Origin: Oligoflexia bacterium
GTDB lineage: Bacteria > Bdellovibrionota_C > UBA2361 > JAFLCA01
Assembly: GCA_019694465.1 (NCBI GenBank)
Contig: JAIBBV010000002.1
Coordinates: 1-64,000, forward strand
Length of the DNA: 64,000 nucleotides
Direction of reading: 5' to 3'
The notes beneath the pieces were generated by a model. That model was not told the DNA's origin. It was given only the letters and a program-made list of their open reading frames with translations, and did no database searches. The position numbers were made by a program, and so were the translations under genes. Shown here piece by piece: positions 16,430 through 26,677 of the stretch (position 1 is the first letter of the stretch; each line of letters starts with the position of its first letter).

Positions 16430-18490
16430 CTATTCACCCTTATTACTAATCAGCTTTGTACCGCTGGTCATAAGGCTGGCTATAAATCCTGCTAATGCGT
16501 TTGCTGAGCTATCACCGCTCGCTCCTGATATCAAAACCTCAGGAGTAATCTTAATTTTACCCTCAGATATCTGCTTCATTACTTCTATGACTGCTAGAGA
16601 TGACTGTCCAACCGCGGCTGCCTGTTTCTGATAGGCCTCAGCTGTTGCTTGACCTATCGCTCTAATCTTCTCTCCTTCGGCGCGCCCGACGGATTCGATA
16701 CCAGCTGCCACACCCTCCTGTTCAAGGCGTGTTGACTGCCCCTGTCCTTCCGCCAAGATGACGCTTTGTTGCTTCTGTTGATTTGCGATCTGTACGTCAA
16801 TCTCAGCTTTTACAAGATTTGGTTGCAAATTAGCTTGAGCACGAGTCTTTTCCATTTCACGGCGGCGGTCTTCTGCCTCCCGCTGCGCATCAAACATGGA
16901 CTTTTGCTGCATAGCCACGACTTTATTTGTGAGTGTCTCCATTAAGCGCTCTGGTAATTTGATCTGGCAGATAAGCACTGACACACATTCAACATGGTAA
17001 CGCTGCAGTTCCTGCATAATATGATCTTCTGCCTTGCGTTGTTCTTCATGCCGATCCTGCATGAACTTCATCGCTTCCGATGAAGATGCTTGATTCCTAA
17101 ATGAACTGTCAATTAAAGGGTGAATCACGTGTTCAATTAGATTCTCTATGGTTCCAATGCGAGCGACCATATGGGGCGCCTGCTGTGGGAGAACTCTGAT
17201 AATGACCTTAACTGAAATGGTCATTTCAAAACCGTCCTTAGAAACTATTGTGAGCGGATTGAATACGCGTGGCACTGGCTGTGTCGCTTCGCCTTCGGCC
17301 CAATCAATTGTGATGTTAGTAGTAGGGATGATATGTGAAGTATAGGCAAGCTTGTTGATGTAGTATGTTCCAGGTCCCAGAACTTCCTTTTGAATGCCGC
17401 GATAGCCAGGCTCAACTACGTAGCGCTCAACACCTTGTCTAATACGCTCATCAGTGCTGATTTGGCTTGGACCTGCCTCACCTTGAGCAAGGAAGGTGGT
17501 TGGGTCCTTGCCAACGTTTGATACAATTACCGCTACTTCGCCGCGCGCAACCTGCAAAACATCATCAAGTACAACTTCAAACATCAATGGATTGATGTAG
17601 TAGGTACCAGGTCGTAGAAAGTCGAGCTGTGGTCCGCGTTGCCCACCATTAGCAAGAAAGGCAGCTCCATCCTGAAACTCGCGACTACCACTAATAGCTC
17701 GTGCCACGTATTCAGTTGGTGGAAGTGGCTCACCATCACGCGCTGAAACAAAACCGACCTTTTCCGCCGGCACCATTGTGGCCGGCTTTATGCCAACCTG
17801 AAATAGTTTTGAATTTATACGGTAGGTTCCAGGCAGCAGGACATCAATTTGTGGGCCCTTTTGTCCCCCACGTTCCAAGAATGCTTGTCCATCCTGAAAG
17901 CTGTTATGCCCATCAATACGTTTCGCAAGTAGGCGCCCAGCGGTCATTGGCATACCATCAAGGGCAATCACTAAACCAATACTGCTATTAGGAACTGTTA
18001 CCGCGCTTACCTTTTCAACGCGGAACAAATACGGATTTATTCTATAAGTGCCCGGTGGCAAAATCTGGATTTGTGGCCCCTTTTCGCCATCGTTTGCTAG
18101 AAATGCTTCTGCATCCTGGAATAGATTGTGTCCCTGTACCACACGGGCGAATATTCGGCCGGACGGAACGGGTTGCCCGTCGATTGACTCCACTAGACCA
18201 ACTTCATTCTCGCCAATATTTATCATTTCAGATTTTTCTACTCTGTAGATAAATGGGATCAAGAAGTGTAGTCCAGGACCCAGTATGCGAGCTTGGATTC
18301 CAACTTCGTTGGCCATAGCTACAACACGTCCTTGAGGCATCTTTGATCCAAACCAGCGCCGCTCGAGAACAGCTATTTGAGTGCCGCTAACTATCGCGAT
18401 TGAGTTGTAGAGAAAAATTGTAACCGAGAAGAAAGCGATTACACTTGAGACTGTTAGCCCTATGTCCAGATTGACTATTAAGCTGTCCAT
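16430..18490 (-). CDS. SPFH/Band-7 (flotillin-like) membrane protein with four tandem about 58-aa N-terminal repeats and C-terminal coiled coil
   Basis: N-terminal TM (GLTVSSVIAFFSVTIFLYNSIAIV). Repeats all of form G..R......G...FQD..AFL..GG..GPQ...L.PGTYRIN..LF.V. Then an SPFH-like core (MTISVKVIIRV) and an Ala/Gln/Glu-rich coiled-coil tail (AEAYQKQAAAVGQ). Confidence 0.65.
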   Translation of the reverse strand: MDSLIVNLDIGLTVSSVIAFFSVTIFLYNSIAIVSGTQIAVLERRWFGSKMPQGRVVAMANEVGIQARILGPGLHFLIPFIYRVEKSEMINIGENEVGLVESIDGQPVPSGRIFARVVQGHNLFQDAEAFLANDGEKGPQIQILPPGTYRINPYLFRVEKVSAVTVPNSSIGLVIALDGMPMTAGRLLAKRIDGHNSFQDGQAFLERGGQKGPQIDVLLPGTYRINSKLFQVGIKPATMVPAEKVGFVSARDGEPLPPTEYVARAISGSREFQDGAAFLANGGQRGPQLDFLRPGTYYINPLMFEVVLDDVLQVARGEVAVIVSNVGKDPTTFLAQGEAGPSQISTDERIRQGVERYVVEPGYRGIQKEVLGPGTYYINKLAYTSHIIPTTNITIDWAEGEATQPVPRVFNPLTIVSKDGFEMTISVKVIIRVLPQQAPHMVARIGTIENLIEHVIHPLIDSSFRNQASSSEAMKFMQDRHEEQRKAEDHIMQELQRYHVECVSVLICQIKLPERLMETLTNKVVAMQQKSMFDAQREAEDRRREMEKTRAQANLQPNLVKAEIDVQIANQQKQQSVILAEGQGQSTRLEQEGVAAGIESVGRAEGEKIRAIGQATAEAYQKQAAAVGQSSLAVIEVMKQISEGKIKITPEVLISGASGDSSANALAGFIASLMTSGTKLISNKGE

Positions 18491-18867
18491 TTAGTCATCC
18501 CCGTAAGTAGTTGGTCACTTATGGGATCGGCCTTTTCAATTGCGAACTTAAAAGAAAGACGCTGTTCTAGGGGGCGCGTTTGTCGCATTCAAATTGGGCC
18601 AGAGCAGTCATCTCAGATCGTAGTTGATTGGTGGTTGCTTAGACCGACCAGCACGAGAAGCTGGCTGAAACAGGTTTTATATTGCTGCTAACCTAGTTTC
18701 GTTGAAATTTCGCCCCCTTCTGTTGGCACAACCGCGCCCTTGCCGACCTGGGTGACTGCAGAAATTATCTATAGGGGTGTTGGTAGGAGGTTCAACTTGC
18801 CGAAATCCTTGGCATCATAGGCACACTTTCTTTACGTCCAAGGCTGATCCAAAATACCGGCCAATTT

Positions 18868-20070
18868 ATGAGTAAATCTGATAGTTCTAGCGCATTGACC
18901 CCAGAGCCAGTTTGGGTGCCCGTTCCACTGCCGAAAGCTGAGATGCATGTTCATATTAGCTTGGCATTGAGTGTTGAGAGCTTCATACGCCGAGTTAAGA
19001 AGAAACGCACTAGCATCAAGCTAGACTTCTTAATTGAGCGTGAAAGTCGCTACTACCCTGCCCTACAGGATTTCCATCATACCTATGAGGCGATGCGCCA
19101 CATAACTTCAACTCCAATTGAGCTGGCTGAAGTTACCCAGACCTACCTAGAGCGCATAGCACGCGAGGGCTGCATTTATGCCGAGCTATCGTTCAGCTAT
19201 CGCCCAGGTGCAGACTTTGCGGCTCAGATAGAGGCAATTTCGGAAGCTATAGAAGTAGCGCGCCACAATATGGGAATCGAAACTCGTATTGTTGTGACCA
19301 CGTTGCGTGATGCTGGACCAGCAGTTGCTGAAGAGGCAATTCGCGCATGTATGAAGATTAAGTCTCCATACATCGTTGCTTTTGGCCTAGTGGGCGATGA
19401 GGCCATGGGCAGCTTGCTGGACTATAAGGATCAGTTTGCTTTGGCCTGGAATGAAGCGGGTTTAGGGCTCTGTCCGCATGTGGCTGAGCAATCTTTACAT
19501 AACGCTGTCGATTTTATGTCAGCGCTTCCAAAGGCGGCCCTAAAAAATCCGCGTGGACCAGGACAGAAAGTGCGTCTTGGGCATGGAACCCTTGTATACC
19601 GCAGCTCTGAGCTGATGAAACGCATGCTAGATTCTGGTATCTGCTTCGAAGTTTGTCTTTCAGCAAATAAACGCATAAATGTTCCGCAGCAAGTCGATGT
19701 GCGTGGAACTAAGTTCGTAGTGGATCGGCCCAAACGCGAGTATTTCCAGACCTTAGCTGACCATCCAATGCTCGATTTCCACAAAAGTGGTATCCCGCTG
19801 TGTTTGGGCTCAGACAATCCTTTATTAATGAATACAAATATTGGTAAAGAGTATGCTTTGGCCCGAAAGTTTGCTGGTGCCAGCATTACAGACTGTGTTC
19901 AATTCACGCGAAATGCGATTGCCTATGCCAATGTTGATGCGATAACTGAAAAGCGCCTGCTACATTTGGTCGATGTTTACGAAAGTAAGATCAAATCTGG
20001 GTTTCAACCTGCTACTACAGCATTGAATTACAAAGCTGCATTCTCCTTAGCTAAGGTTTGGCCAGACTAG
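18868..20070 (+). CDS. adenosine/adenine deaminase-like metal-dependent amidohydrolase
   Basis: PKAEMHVHISLAL (cf. PKxELHxHLDG), HVAEQ...RLGHG (cf. HAGE...RIGHG), CLGSDNPLLMNTNI (cf. SLSTDDP). Confidence 0.55.
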   Translation: MSKSDSSSALTPEPVWVPVPLPKAEMHVHISLALSVESFIRRVKKKRTSIKLDFLIERESRYYPALQDFHHTYEAMRHITSTPIELAEVTQTYLERIAREGCIYAELSFSYRPGADFAAQIEAISEAIEVARHNMGIETRIVVTTLRDAGPAVAEEAIRACMKIKSPYIVAFGLVGDEAMGSLLDYKDQFALAWNEAGLGLCPHVAEQSLHNAVDFMSALPKAALKNPRGPGQKVRLGHGTLVYRSSELMKRMLDSGICFEVCLSANKRINVPQQVDVRGTKFVVDRPKREYFQTLADHPMLDFHKSGIPLCLGSDNPLLMNTNIGKEYALARKFAGASITDCVQFTRNAIAYANVDAITEKRLLHLVDVYESKIKSGFQPATTALNYKAAFSLAKVWPD

Positions 20071-20214
20071 TGTCTCAAGTCGGAAATAGGCTAAAAAGCA
20101 AGTCGGGAGACTCAGGACATCCTGTCCTGCGTCGAACTCGCTTCAAGCTTGTCTGGGAGTATTGGTGCGAGCTCTAAGCATCTACTGGCAGAGCATTTGC
20201 GTCATCAGCTGCTG

Positions 20215-21969
20215 CTATTCTATTTTGATGCTTAGCTTACGTAGCGCAAAGCCGTACCCTTTTAGGCGCTCAAGGTCAGCTTCGTTGGGTGAGCGTGTGG
20301 CTACTACAACATCACTGTTGCCGTAGTTGGCGGCTAGCTTCGGAGCATCTTCCACGCTGTACACAGGATAACCACGTACTCTCCTACCTGAGCAGCGATG
20401 CTCAGTGTCGATTAGCGCCACAGCAGAGTAATCAGGGATGACGCCACCCTGTAAGTCTCGCAGCAAAAGTTCCGCCTCATCTCCTGCACCGTAAATAATG
20501 AGAGGGCGTTTTGATGGATCCACTTCTTGCGTGCTTTGTTGGAACATTTCTCGAAAAACACGAAATGATATGCGTGTGCCAGCAGTCATTAGGAGTAGCA
20601 AAATTGCATCTAGGATAAATACTCCGCGAGATGGTCCGACAAAGCCGTACATAGCTAAGATAGTTATGGCGGTCACAATTGAACTTCCGACCGCAATTTT
20701 TGTTATCTGTACCATGTCGCCTATGCTGGCGTAGCGCCACACGCCACCGTATAGCCCGCCCAACAAAAATAGGCACAACTTCATGGCCACTACGGCCGGA
20801 ACTGTATGTACAAATATCTCAAATTGCTGTGCAGGAATTACGCCATCCCAGCGGAGAAGATAAGCAGCGTAATACGCAAGTGGAATCACCAGAGCATCGA
20901 TCATTACCTCTACTACTCGGCGCTTGTACGAGAAGTCGAGAATTAACTTGAGGAAGCCGTTGCGCGCCAACTCATTAGGATCGTAAACGCGAACTTCACC
21001 TAGGTATATCCCCAGCAGCACTACTGCTAGAGCGAAGGCAGGAATTGCAAACAGGGAAATCTCTGGCGCGATAAATCTCAGCACCAGGGTAAAGGTGCCC
21101 GAGACCAGCGCAAACAAGTACAGCATCTCCACGGCATTTTTTTCGGTAATTCCAAGCGCCACCAGGCGGTGTGATACATGATCTCGGCCACCCTGAGACA
21201 CTGGTCGGCCCGACAACTTGCGGGTCAGAGTTACAAATGATGTGTCGAATATTGGAATTAAAAAGATCATGACGGGAGTTGCTAGCACGGCCAGAATATT
21301 GCGGGTTCTTCCGTAATCACTCCAAAGCGACATCCCGCCCAGCAGAAATCCCAAGAATAGAGCACCGCAATCGCCCATGAAGATTGAAGCCGGTTTGCGA
21401 TTGAATAGCAAAAAACCGCCGGCAGCTCCCATCAGGGCAGCTGCGTAGCTGACTTCTTGTACTTGTCCGCTAAGCATAAAATTGATGCCAAGAAAGAGCG
21501 CGGCTATTGCAGAGATGCCGCCAGCTAGGCCGTCCATGTTGTCGAGGAGATTAATGGCGTTGGTGATTCCCACTAGCCAGAAAATAGTTATGAATTGGTT
21601 TACAACTTCAATATTTGTCCAAGGCAGTGTCTGCTCATTTGCTACTACGTATGCCGCTGCGGCCACTTGGAAAACTAGTTTGGAGTATGGCTTAAGGCGA
21701 ATAAAATCATCTACAAGACCGACTAGGAACAATACGCTAGCAGCGATTATAACCGGGTTGGATATGATGCTTAGGTTGGGAGAGATCGAAATTGTGGAAA
21801 TGAATGCTACCCAAATTCCTATCCCGCCTAGCAGTGCCGTTGGTTTTCGATGCCAACGATCCGCTCGAGGGGCAGCTAAGATACCGTAACGACGAGCGAG
21901 TCCACGCACCGCCCATGTGCAAAGCACGGATGCAATAAACGACAAAAGAATTGTAATCGGCGGTAGCAT
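20215..21969 (-). CDS. polyprenyl-phosphate N-acetylhexosamine-1-phosphate transferase (WecA/WbpL, GT4 family) fused to a C-terminal CapD/PglF-N-like (CoA_binding_3) domain
   Basis: VDDFIRLKP and NAINLLDNMDGLAGG motifs of the MraY/WecA family. The C-terminal 230 aa have extra TMs plus PLIIYGAGDEAELLLRDLQ, as at the N-terminus of CapD/WbpM/PglF. Confidence 0.8.
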   Translation of the reverse strand: MLPPITILLSFIASVLCTWAVRGLARRYGILAAPRADRWHRKPTALLGGIGIWVAFISTISISPNLSIISNPVIIAASVLFLVGLVDDFIRLKPYSKLVFQVAAAAYVVANEQTLPWTNIEVVNQFITIFWLVGITNAINLLDNMDGLAGGISAIAALFLGINFMLSGQVQEVSYAAALMGAAGGFLLFNRKPASIFMGDCGALFLGFLLGGMSLWSDYGRTRNILAVLATPVMIFLIPIFDTSFVTLTRKLSGRPVSQGGRDHVSHRLVALGITEKNAVEMLYLFALVSGTFTLVLRFIAPEISLFAIPAFALAVVLLGIYLGEVRVYDPNELARNGFLKLILDFSYKRRVVEVMIDALVIPLAYYAAYLLRWDGVIPAQQFEIFVHTVPAVVAMKLCLFLLGGLYGGVWRYASIGDMVQITKIAVGSSIVTAITILAMYGFVGPSRGVFILDAILLLLMTAGTRISFRVFREMFQQSTQEVDPSKRPLIIYGAGDEAELLLRDLQGGVIPDYSAVALIDTEHRCSGRRVRGYPVYSVEDAPKLAANYGNSDVVVATRSPNEADLERLKGYGFALRKLSIKIE

Positions 21970-21970
21970 G

Positions 21971-22996
21971 TTAAACCGTGGCGTCAGCGGGCCGGTTTTG
22001 GCCCGCTGACTGAGCTTGTGCCCTATTGCGCTCGTAAGAAATTACATCATGTAGAATGTCATCTAGATCTCGACGAGGAGAATATCCGATTAAATTAGTT
22101 ATCTTTCCAAGTGCAGGCACACGGCGGCTCATGTCTTCGAAGCCTTCTTCATAAGCTTGGTCGTACGGAATAAGACGTATGTCTGAACGCGACTTAACAG
22201 AGTCTTTGGCCTTGTTAGCTAACTCAAGGATAGTTACCTCTTCGGTCGAACCTATATTGAAGACCTGCCCGACAGATTGTGGGTTCTTAACGAGCTTCCA
22301 CACAGCATCGATCACATCAGCTACATGACAGAAGCAACGACTTTGTTTCCCATCACCAAAGACTGTAATGGTTTCATTATTAAGAGCTTGTCGTACAAAA
22401 GTTGGCACTACCATTCCATAACGTCCGGTTTGGCGCGGGCCTACCGTGTTAAAGAATCGAGCAACAATTGTTGGTAACTTCTTTTCTCTCCAGTAGGCCA
22501 GGGCTAGAAACTCGTCAATGGCTTTAGAGCAGGCATAACTCCAGCGTCCTCGTGAGGTTGGCCCAAGGACGAGATCGTCATCCTCGTGGAATGGCACGTT
22601 AGTACGCTTCCCATAAACTTCGGAGGTAGAGGCTACGAATACTAATTTTTTCTTCTTAGCGGCAGCACGTAAAACGGCTTCTGTCCCGCTTATATTTGTC
22701 TCGATTGTGCGAACAGGACTTTCTACAATTAAACGTACGCCAACAGCCGCAGCCAGATGGATTATGACATCGGCTACATCTACCATTTCAGCCAGAAGCT
22801 CTTCGTTCTCAATGCTAGCAATGCGATAGCTAAAGTTACGATTTAGCTTAAGGTGACTAATGTTTTCAAAACTGCCAGTGGAAAGGTCATCGATAACTTG
22901 GACATGCTCACCCATTTTGAGCAGATACTCTGCCAAGTGTGAGCCAATAAACCCTGCGCCGCCTGTGATTAGGATGTTCATAGTACTACCCGGCAA
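21971..22996 (-). CDS. NAD-dependent nucleotide-sugar epimerase/dehydratase (SDR family)
   Basis: MNILITGGAGFIGSHL Rossmann motif. YACSK catalytic YxxxK. Confidence 0.85.
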   Translation of the reverse strand: MPGSTMNILITGGAGFIGSHLAEYLLKMGEHVQVIDDLSTGSFENISHLKLNRNFSYRIASIENEELLAEMVDVADVIIHLAAAVGVRLIVESPVRTIETNISGTEAVLRAAAKKKKLVFVASTSEVYGKRTNVPFHEDDDLVLGPTSRGRWSYACSKAIDEFLALAYWREKKLPTIVARFFNTVGPRQTGRYGMVVPTFVRQALNNETITVFGDGKQSRCFCHVADVIDAVWKLVKNPQSVGQVFNIGSTEEVTILELANKAKDSVKSRSDIRLIPYDQAYEEGFEDMSRRVPALGKITNLIGYSPRRDLDDILHDVISYERNRAQAQSAGQNRPADATV

Positions 22997-23068
22997 ACAA
23001 ACATGAGTTTAACCACAGTGGCTTGGGGCGAACAATACAAATTATTTGCGATATTCAGCGCGCAGTAA

Positions 23069-24238
23069 CTAGGAGTTAGCAGTGACGACGCGATTTGAAC
23101 CTGGCTGATACAAGGCATACAACTTTACATAATGCGATACTGCACTTTCGATGGAGAAGTCCCGGTCCAGGATTCGCCGCGCGTGTGCAGCACGAGTCCT
23201 AAGTAGGTCGGGATGCTTTAGGGCCTCAGAAATGCCAGCTGCTATTTCACCAGCTGAGTTGGGTGAGAAAAGCGCCCCTAGTTCTCCATTACGAAGTATA
23301 TCAGGGATGGCTCCTGCTCTAGCCCCACATACTGGAACTACCTCGGCCATAGCCTCGAGCAATACAAGACCAAGTCCTTCATGTATAGAAGGCAGGCAGA
23401 TTAGGTTAAATAAGTGAAAATAACGTCGGGCATCATCAATTGGGCCTATAAATGATACGTTACTGATTCCTTCCGCCTTTACGTACTCTCTTAACTCAGC
23501 CTCTAGAGGCCCCCCGCCTATAAGTGCTGCATGCAGCGTAGGTAGCTCCTTAAATGCTGCACAGAATCGAAATAGATTCTTTTGCGGGACGAACCTTCCC
23601 ACAAAAGCCACAATTGGGGTTGTCTCGGGCAGACCAAAGGCTTTCCTAGTGCCAAGCCGTAAGTCGGCAGACGCTAGGGCAGAGATACCATAGGGCAAGA
23701 GTGCTACGTCTGTCGGGTTTAACTGCAAAAAATTAGAACAGTATCGCCTAACATGCTCAGAGATTGCTGCCATCTTATAGCGGCGCAGCATGGTGGTGTG
23801 GAACCAGACTTTGAACCACCAGCGCCCATAAATTGGCTCATCGTTGTGGAATGTAAAATAGACCTGAGGTGGAGCTAAGCTAAGAAGTAAAGGTGGAAGA
23901 AACCAATGATCAAGGTGAAAGTGAATCGCGTGTTGCGCACGTTGCTGTAGAAACGCACGCACTTGCTGGAGGCAAGATAAGCTAGCCCCCAATTTCCCGA
24001 TGTACGTGCTCCAGTCGCTACGGTGGATAACAGTCACCGTTAGGCCCTCTTGCTGCAGCTGATTGGCTATTTTCTCTATGCGTGAGCCAGGCGACCAAGC
24101 AATGATGAGTAACTCTATCGCACAGCCTGTGGCGTGTAGCCTAGGCAGCATATCTATAACGTGCGCTTCTGCCCCACCCAGTACGTGCCGTCCAGGACGA
24201 TCCTGGAGAAATAAAATATGGCAAATCTTGCTCGTCAT
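23069..24238 (-). CDS. glycosyltransferase family 1 (GT4-type)
   Basis: EGLGLVLLEAMAEVVPVCGARAGAIPDIL (E-x7-E type GT1 C-terminal motif). Confidence 0.8.
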   Translation of the reverse strand: MTSKICHILFLQDRPGRHVLGGAEAHVIDMLPRLHATGCAIELLIIAWSPGSRIEKIANQLQQEGLTVTVIHRSDWSTYIGKLGASLSCLQQVRAFLQQRAQHAIHFHLDHWFLPPLLLSLAPPQVYFTFHNDEPIYGRWWFKVWFHTTMLRRYKMAAISEHVRRYCSNFLQLNPTDVALLPYGISALASADLRLGTRKAFGLPETTPIVAFVGRFVPQKNLFRFCAAFKELPTLHAALIGGGPLEAELREYVKAEGISNVSFIGPIDDARRYFHLFNLICLPSIHEGLGLVLLEAMAEVVPVCGARAGAIPDILRNGELGALFSPNSAGEIAAGISEALKHPDLLRTRAAHARRILDRDFSIESAVSHYVKLYALYQPGSNRVVTANS

Positions 24239-25371
24239 GTTGCCAGCAAATCTGCGTAGGCTGTTACCATTTTGTGCAGCGAATAGTTGCTACTAACAGC
24301 ACGGGCCGCCTGTCCCATCGAGACCCTAAGAGTTTGGTTGTCGCGAAGCGTATTTAGTGCGTCGCAGATGGCGGCAGGATTTTGAGGCGGCACCAAAAAT
24401 CCTGAAATACCATCACGTACGAGCTCAGGATTTCCGCCGCAACGTGAAGCAATAACTGGCAGCCCATGTGCCAGTGCATCCAGTAGAGTGTGAGATAAGC
24501 CTTCATAGAGTGACGGCAGTACTGCCACATCAGAAGATTTAAGCCACGCCAGTACATCAGGATGTGAAACGCGCCCTAAGAATTTGACGCGTTCAGACAC
24601 TTTCAGTTGGCGTGCCAGGCCTGACATGAGTGGTAACTCTGAGCCGTCTCCGCACACTACAAGTTCTACATTTGGAGAGTTTACCAACGCTAACAATACT
24701 GTTTCTAACCCCTTCCAGTTTGTAAGGCGACCAACAAATATTGCTCTAATCGATGTGCTCTTTTGGGGAATGGCTATTGATGATTCCTTAGTTGGGGCCT
24801 CGACAGCATTGTTAATGACAACAACTTTGTCTTGATTAACCCCCCACCCAACTACCAGTCCTTTAAGGTATTCGCTTGGCGTGACAATTTTCCATGCTGC
24901 GGCAAGCTGAGCACGTCTAGCACGAGCAATAGGAGCCAAGTATGGCTCATTGGAGACATCACTGTGTTGGAATTGGTCTATATCTAGATTTGTCAGCCCT
25001 AGATTACGTGCCCGTTCCCATACTGAATCCCCGACTATCTTTAGTAGTGGGTGTCGACCTAGTAGGCGAAGTATAGGGAAGGCGTAGCCTTCTAGACCAT
25101 TAACAAGGATCCGAGAGTGGCTAGTAATTTCTCGAAGTAGAGTCAGGCGCATTTTCACTTCGTATGAATAACGCCTCGACAGGTCCACGCGTGTAACTCT
25201 AAATGGCCTCGAAGTAGTAGGCACTTGGCCCTCACAGGAGCAAACTACGCTAGGCTGGTGGCCCTGTTCGACTAACTTGTGCGCGAGTAAATCTATAAAG
25301 GTAGCTGGTCCGCCAATAGCGGGCGGAAATATATTCGTAATAAGAAGGCATTTCATGGCACCTGAAAGCAT
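24235..25371 (-). CDS. glycosyltransferase family 1
   Basis: YEGLSHTLLDALAHGLPVIASRCGGNPELVRDGISGFLV. 4-nt overlap with the next gene. Confidence 0.8.
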   Translation of the reverse strand: MLSGAMKCLLITNIFPPAIGGPATFIDLLAHKLVEQGHQPSVVCSCEGQVPTTSRPFRVTRVDLSRRYSYEVKMRLTLLREITSHSRILVNGLEGYAFPILRLLGRHPLLKIVGDSVWERARNLGLTNLDIDQFQHSDVSNEPYLAPIARARRAQLAAAWKIVTPSEYLKGLVVGWGVNQDKVVVINNAVEAPTKESSIAIPQKSTSIRAIFVGRLTNWKGLETVLLALVNSPNVELVVCGDGSELPLMSGLARQLKVSERVKFLGRVSHPDVLAWLKSSDVAVLPSLYEGLSHTLLDALAHGLPVIASRCGGNPELVRDGISGFLVPPQNPAAICDALNTLRDNQTLRVSMGQAARAVSSNYSLHKMVTAYADLLAT

Positions 25372-25392
25372 ACGATAGATCTGCAGAGCTTA

Positions 25393-26544
25393 CTATTCCT
25401 TCGTATCGGCCCATGCCAATGATAGTGTTGAAACGATTTGCCGGGCATTTTGGGATAAATCGTGTTTGCCCTCAACTAGCGCGCGTAACGTCTGTGGCTC
25501 AGCAAACCGTTGTAGGCTAAGTAGGGCACGCAATCTTTCGGCGACATGGGGCGGGTCTGTACGCTCTAAAACCATATCTGGGTAATGCTTCAACTCTGCT
25601 CGATATGCATCATTTGAAGTCAGAACCGGGCAGCCACAGGCAAGCGACTCCAGCACAACTTTATCCATGCTCCCAGTTGAGGAGAGGTTAAGGTGCAGCG
25701 CGCTTCGCCAGTATACCTGATGGATATTGTCCAAGGTTTGAGGTGGCGTGAATATAACGGCATCTTCAAGGGCCAGCGATCGAACAAGCTCGTTGATGAG
25801 TGAGTTATATTCTTTGTCAGCTGCAGTTACAGGGGCGCCTACAAATTCAATACATGCTGGAATATTATGCGTTTTCCGCAAGATTGATAAGGCTTCCAAG
25901 CAGATGTGAATTCCTTTGCGCTCCGAGATCCGGCCCACAACTGCAATTCGCAGGTTATTAGGATGGCTGGGGCGAAGAGGAAAAATACGAAGGTCTATGG
26001 CCTGACCGATTACCTGCAAGCGCTTACTTTTTAAGCGGAAGCCTTCTTTGGACGAGGAAAAAACTCGGTCCACGCATCTCTCTGCTATCCGCAGACGCCA
26101 AGATACGGCACCATGCGCGTACCACATGGCGGTAGTCGCCTGCTTACATCGCATAAGTGGAAGGAGCCGATAGGCCCACTCAAAACACATATGGTAAAAT
26201 GCTACATCGATCCTTTGACTACGCAGTTTGTAGGCTAACCATGGCAGCATCAGCCAGCGAAGCTTTAGACGCTTAAGGGGGCCAGCTAGGAGGACTCGCG
26301 GCATAGCGAGCACGGTGATACTCTCCGGGAGTGAATGAGTGCCTACTTTTTCTGCAACTATGATGGTTTTGGCAAAGTATTGGGCTAGTTCAGTACCTAC
26401 ACGCTGCTGCCATGCTAGGACTTGTGAGTTGGAGTCGATATCAAACGCTATAAATAGGAGTGTCTTGTCCTTGAAGCTTGTTAGCGATTGAGGTGGGCTG
26501 CTTAGTGACATAAATGCTAGCGCGAAACCATGTGCAAGTGCCAA
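25393..26544 (-). CDS. glycosyltransferase family 1
   Basis: GSMDKVVLESLACGCPVLTSND GT1 C-terminal motif. Confidence 0.7.
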   Translation of the reverse strand: MALAHGFALAFMSLSSPPQSLTSFKDKTLLFIAFDIDSNSQVLAWQQRVGTELAQYFAKTIIVAEKVGTHSLPESITVLAMPRVLLAGPLKRLKLRWLMLPWLAYKLRSQRIDVAFYHMCFEWAYRLLPLMRCKQATTAMWYAHGAVSWRLRIAERCVDRVFSSSKEGFRLKSKRLQVIGQAIDLRIFPLRPSHPNNLRIAVVGRISERKGIHICLEALSILRKTHNIPACIEFVGAPVTAADKEYNSLINELVRSLALEDAVIFTPPQTLDNIHQVYWRSALHLNLSSTGSMDKVVLESLACGCPVLTSNDAYRAELKHYPDMVLERTDPPHVAERLRALLSLQRFAEPQTLRALVEGKHDLSQNARQIVSTLSLAWADTKE

Positions 26545-26677
26545 GTTGCGGCGTGGAAAACAAATACTTAAACGTTAAAAATCAGGCAAAACCGTTCAGG
26601 TTTTGAGCATAAACAAATGTCAAAACTCATCGCCTTTAAGTATATTCATAGCCATATTCGAATAAATTGAGCTTGTT

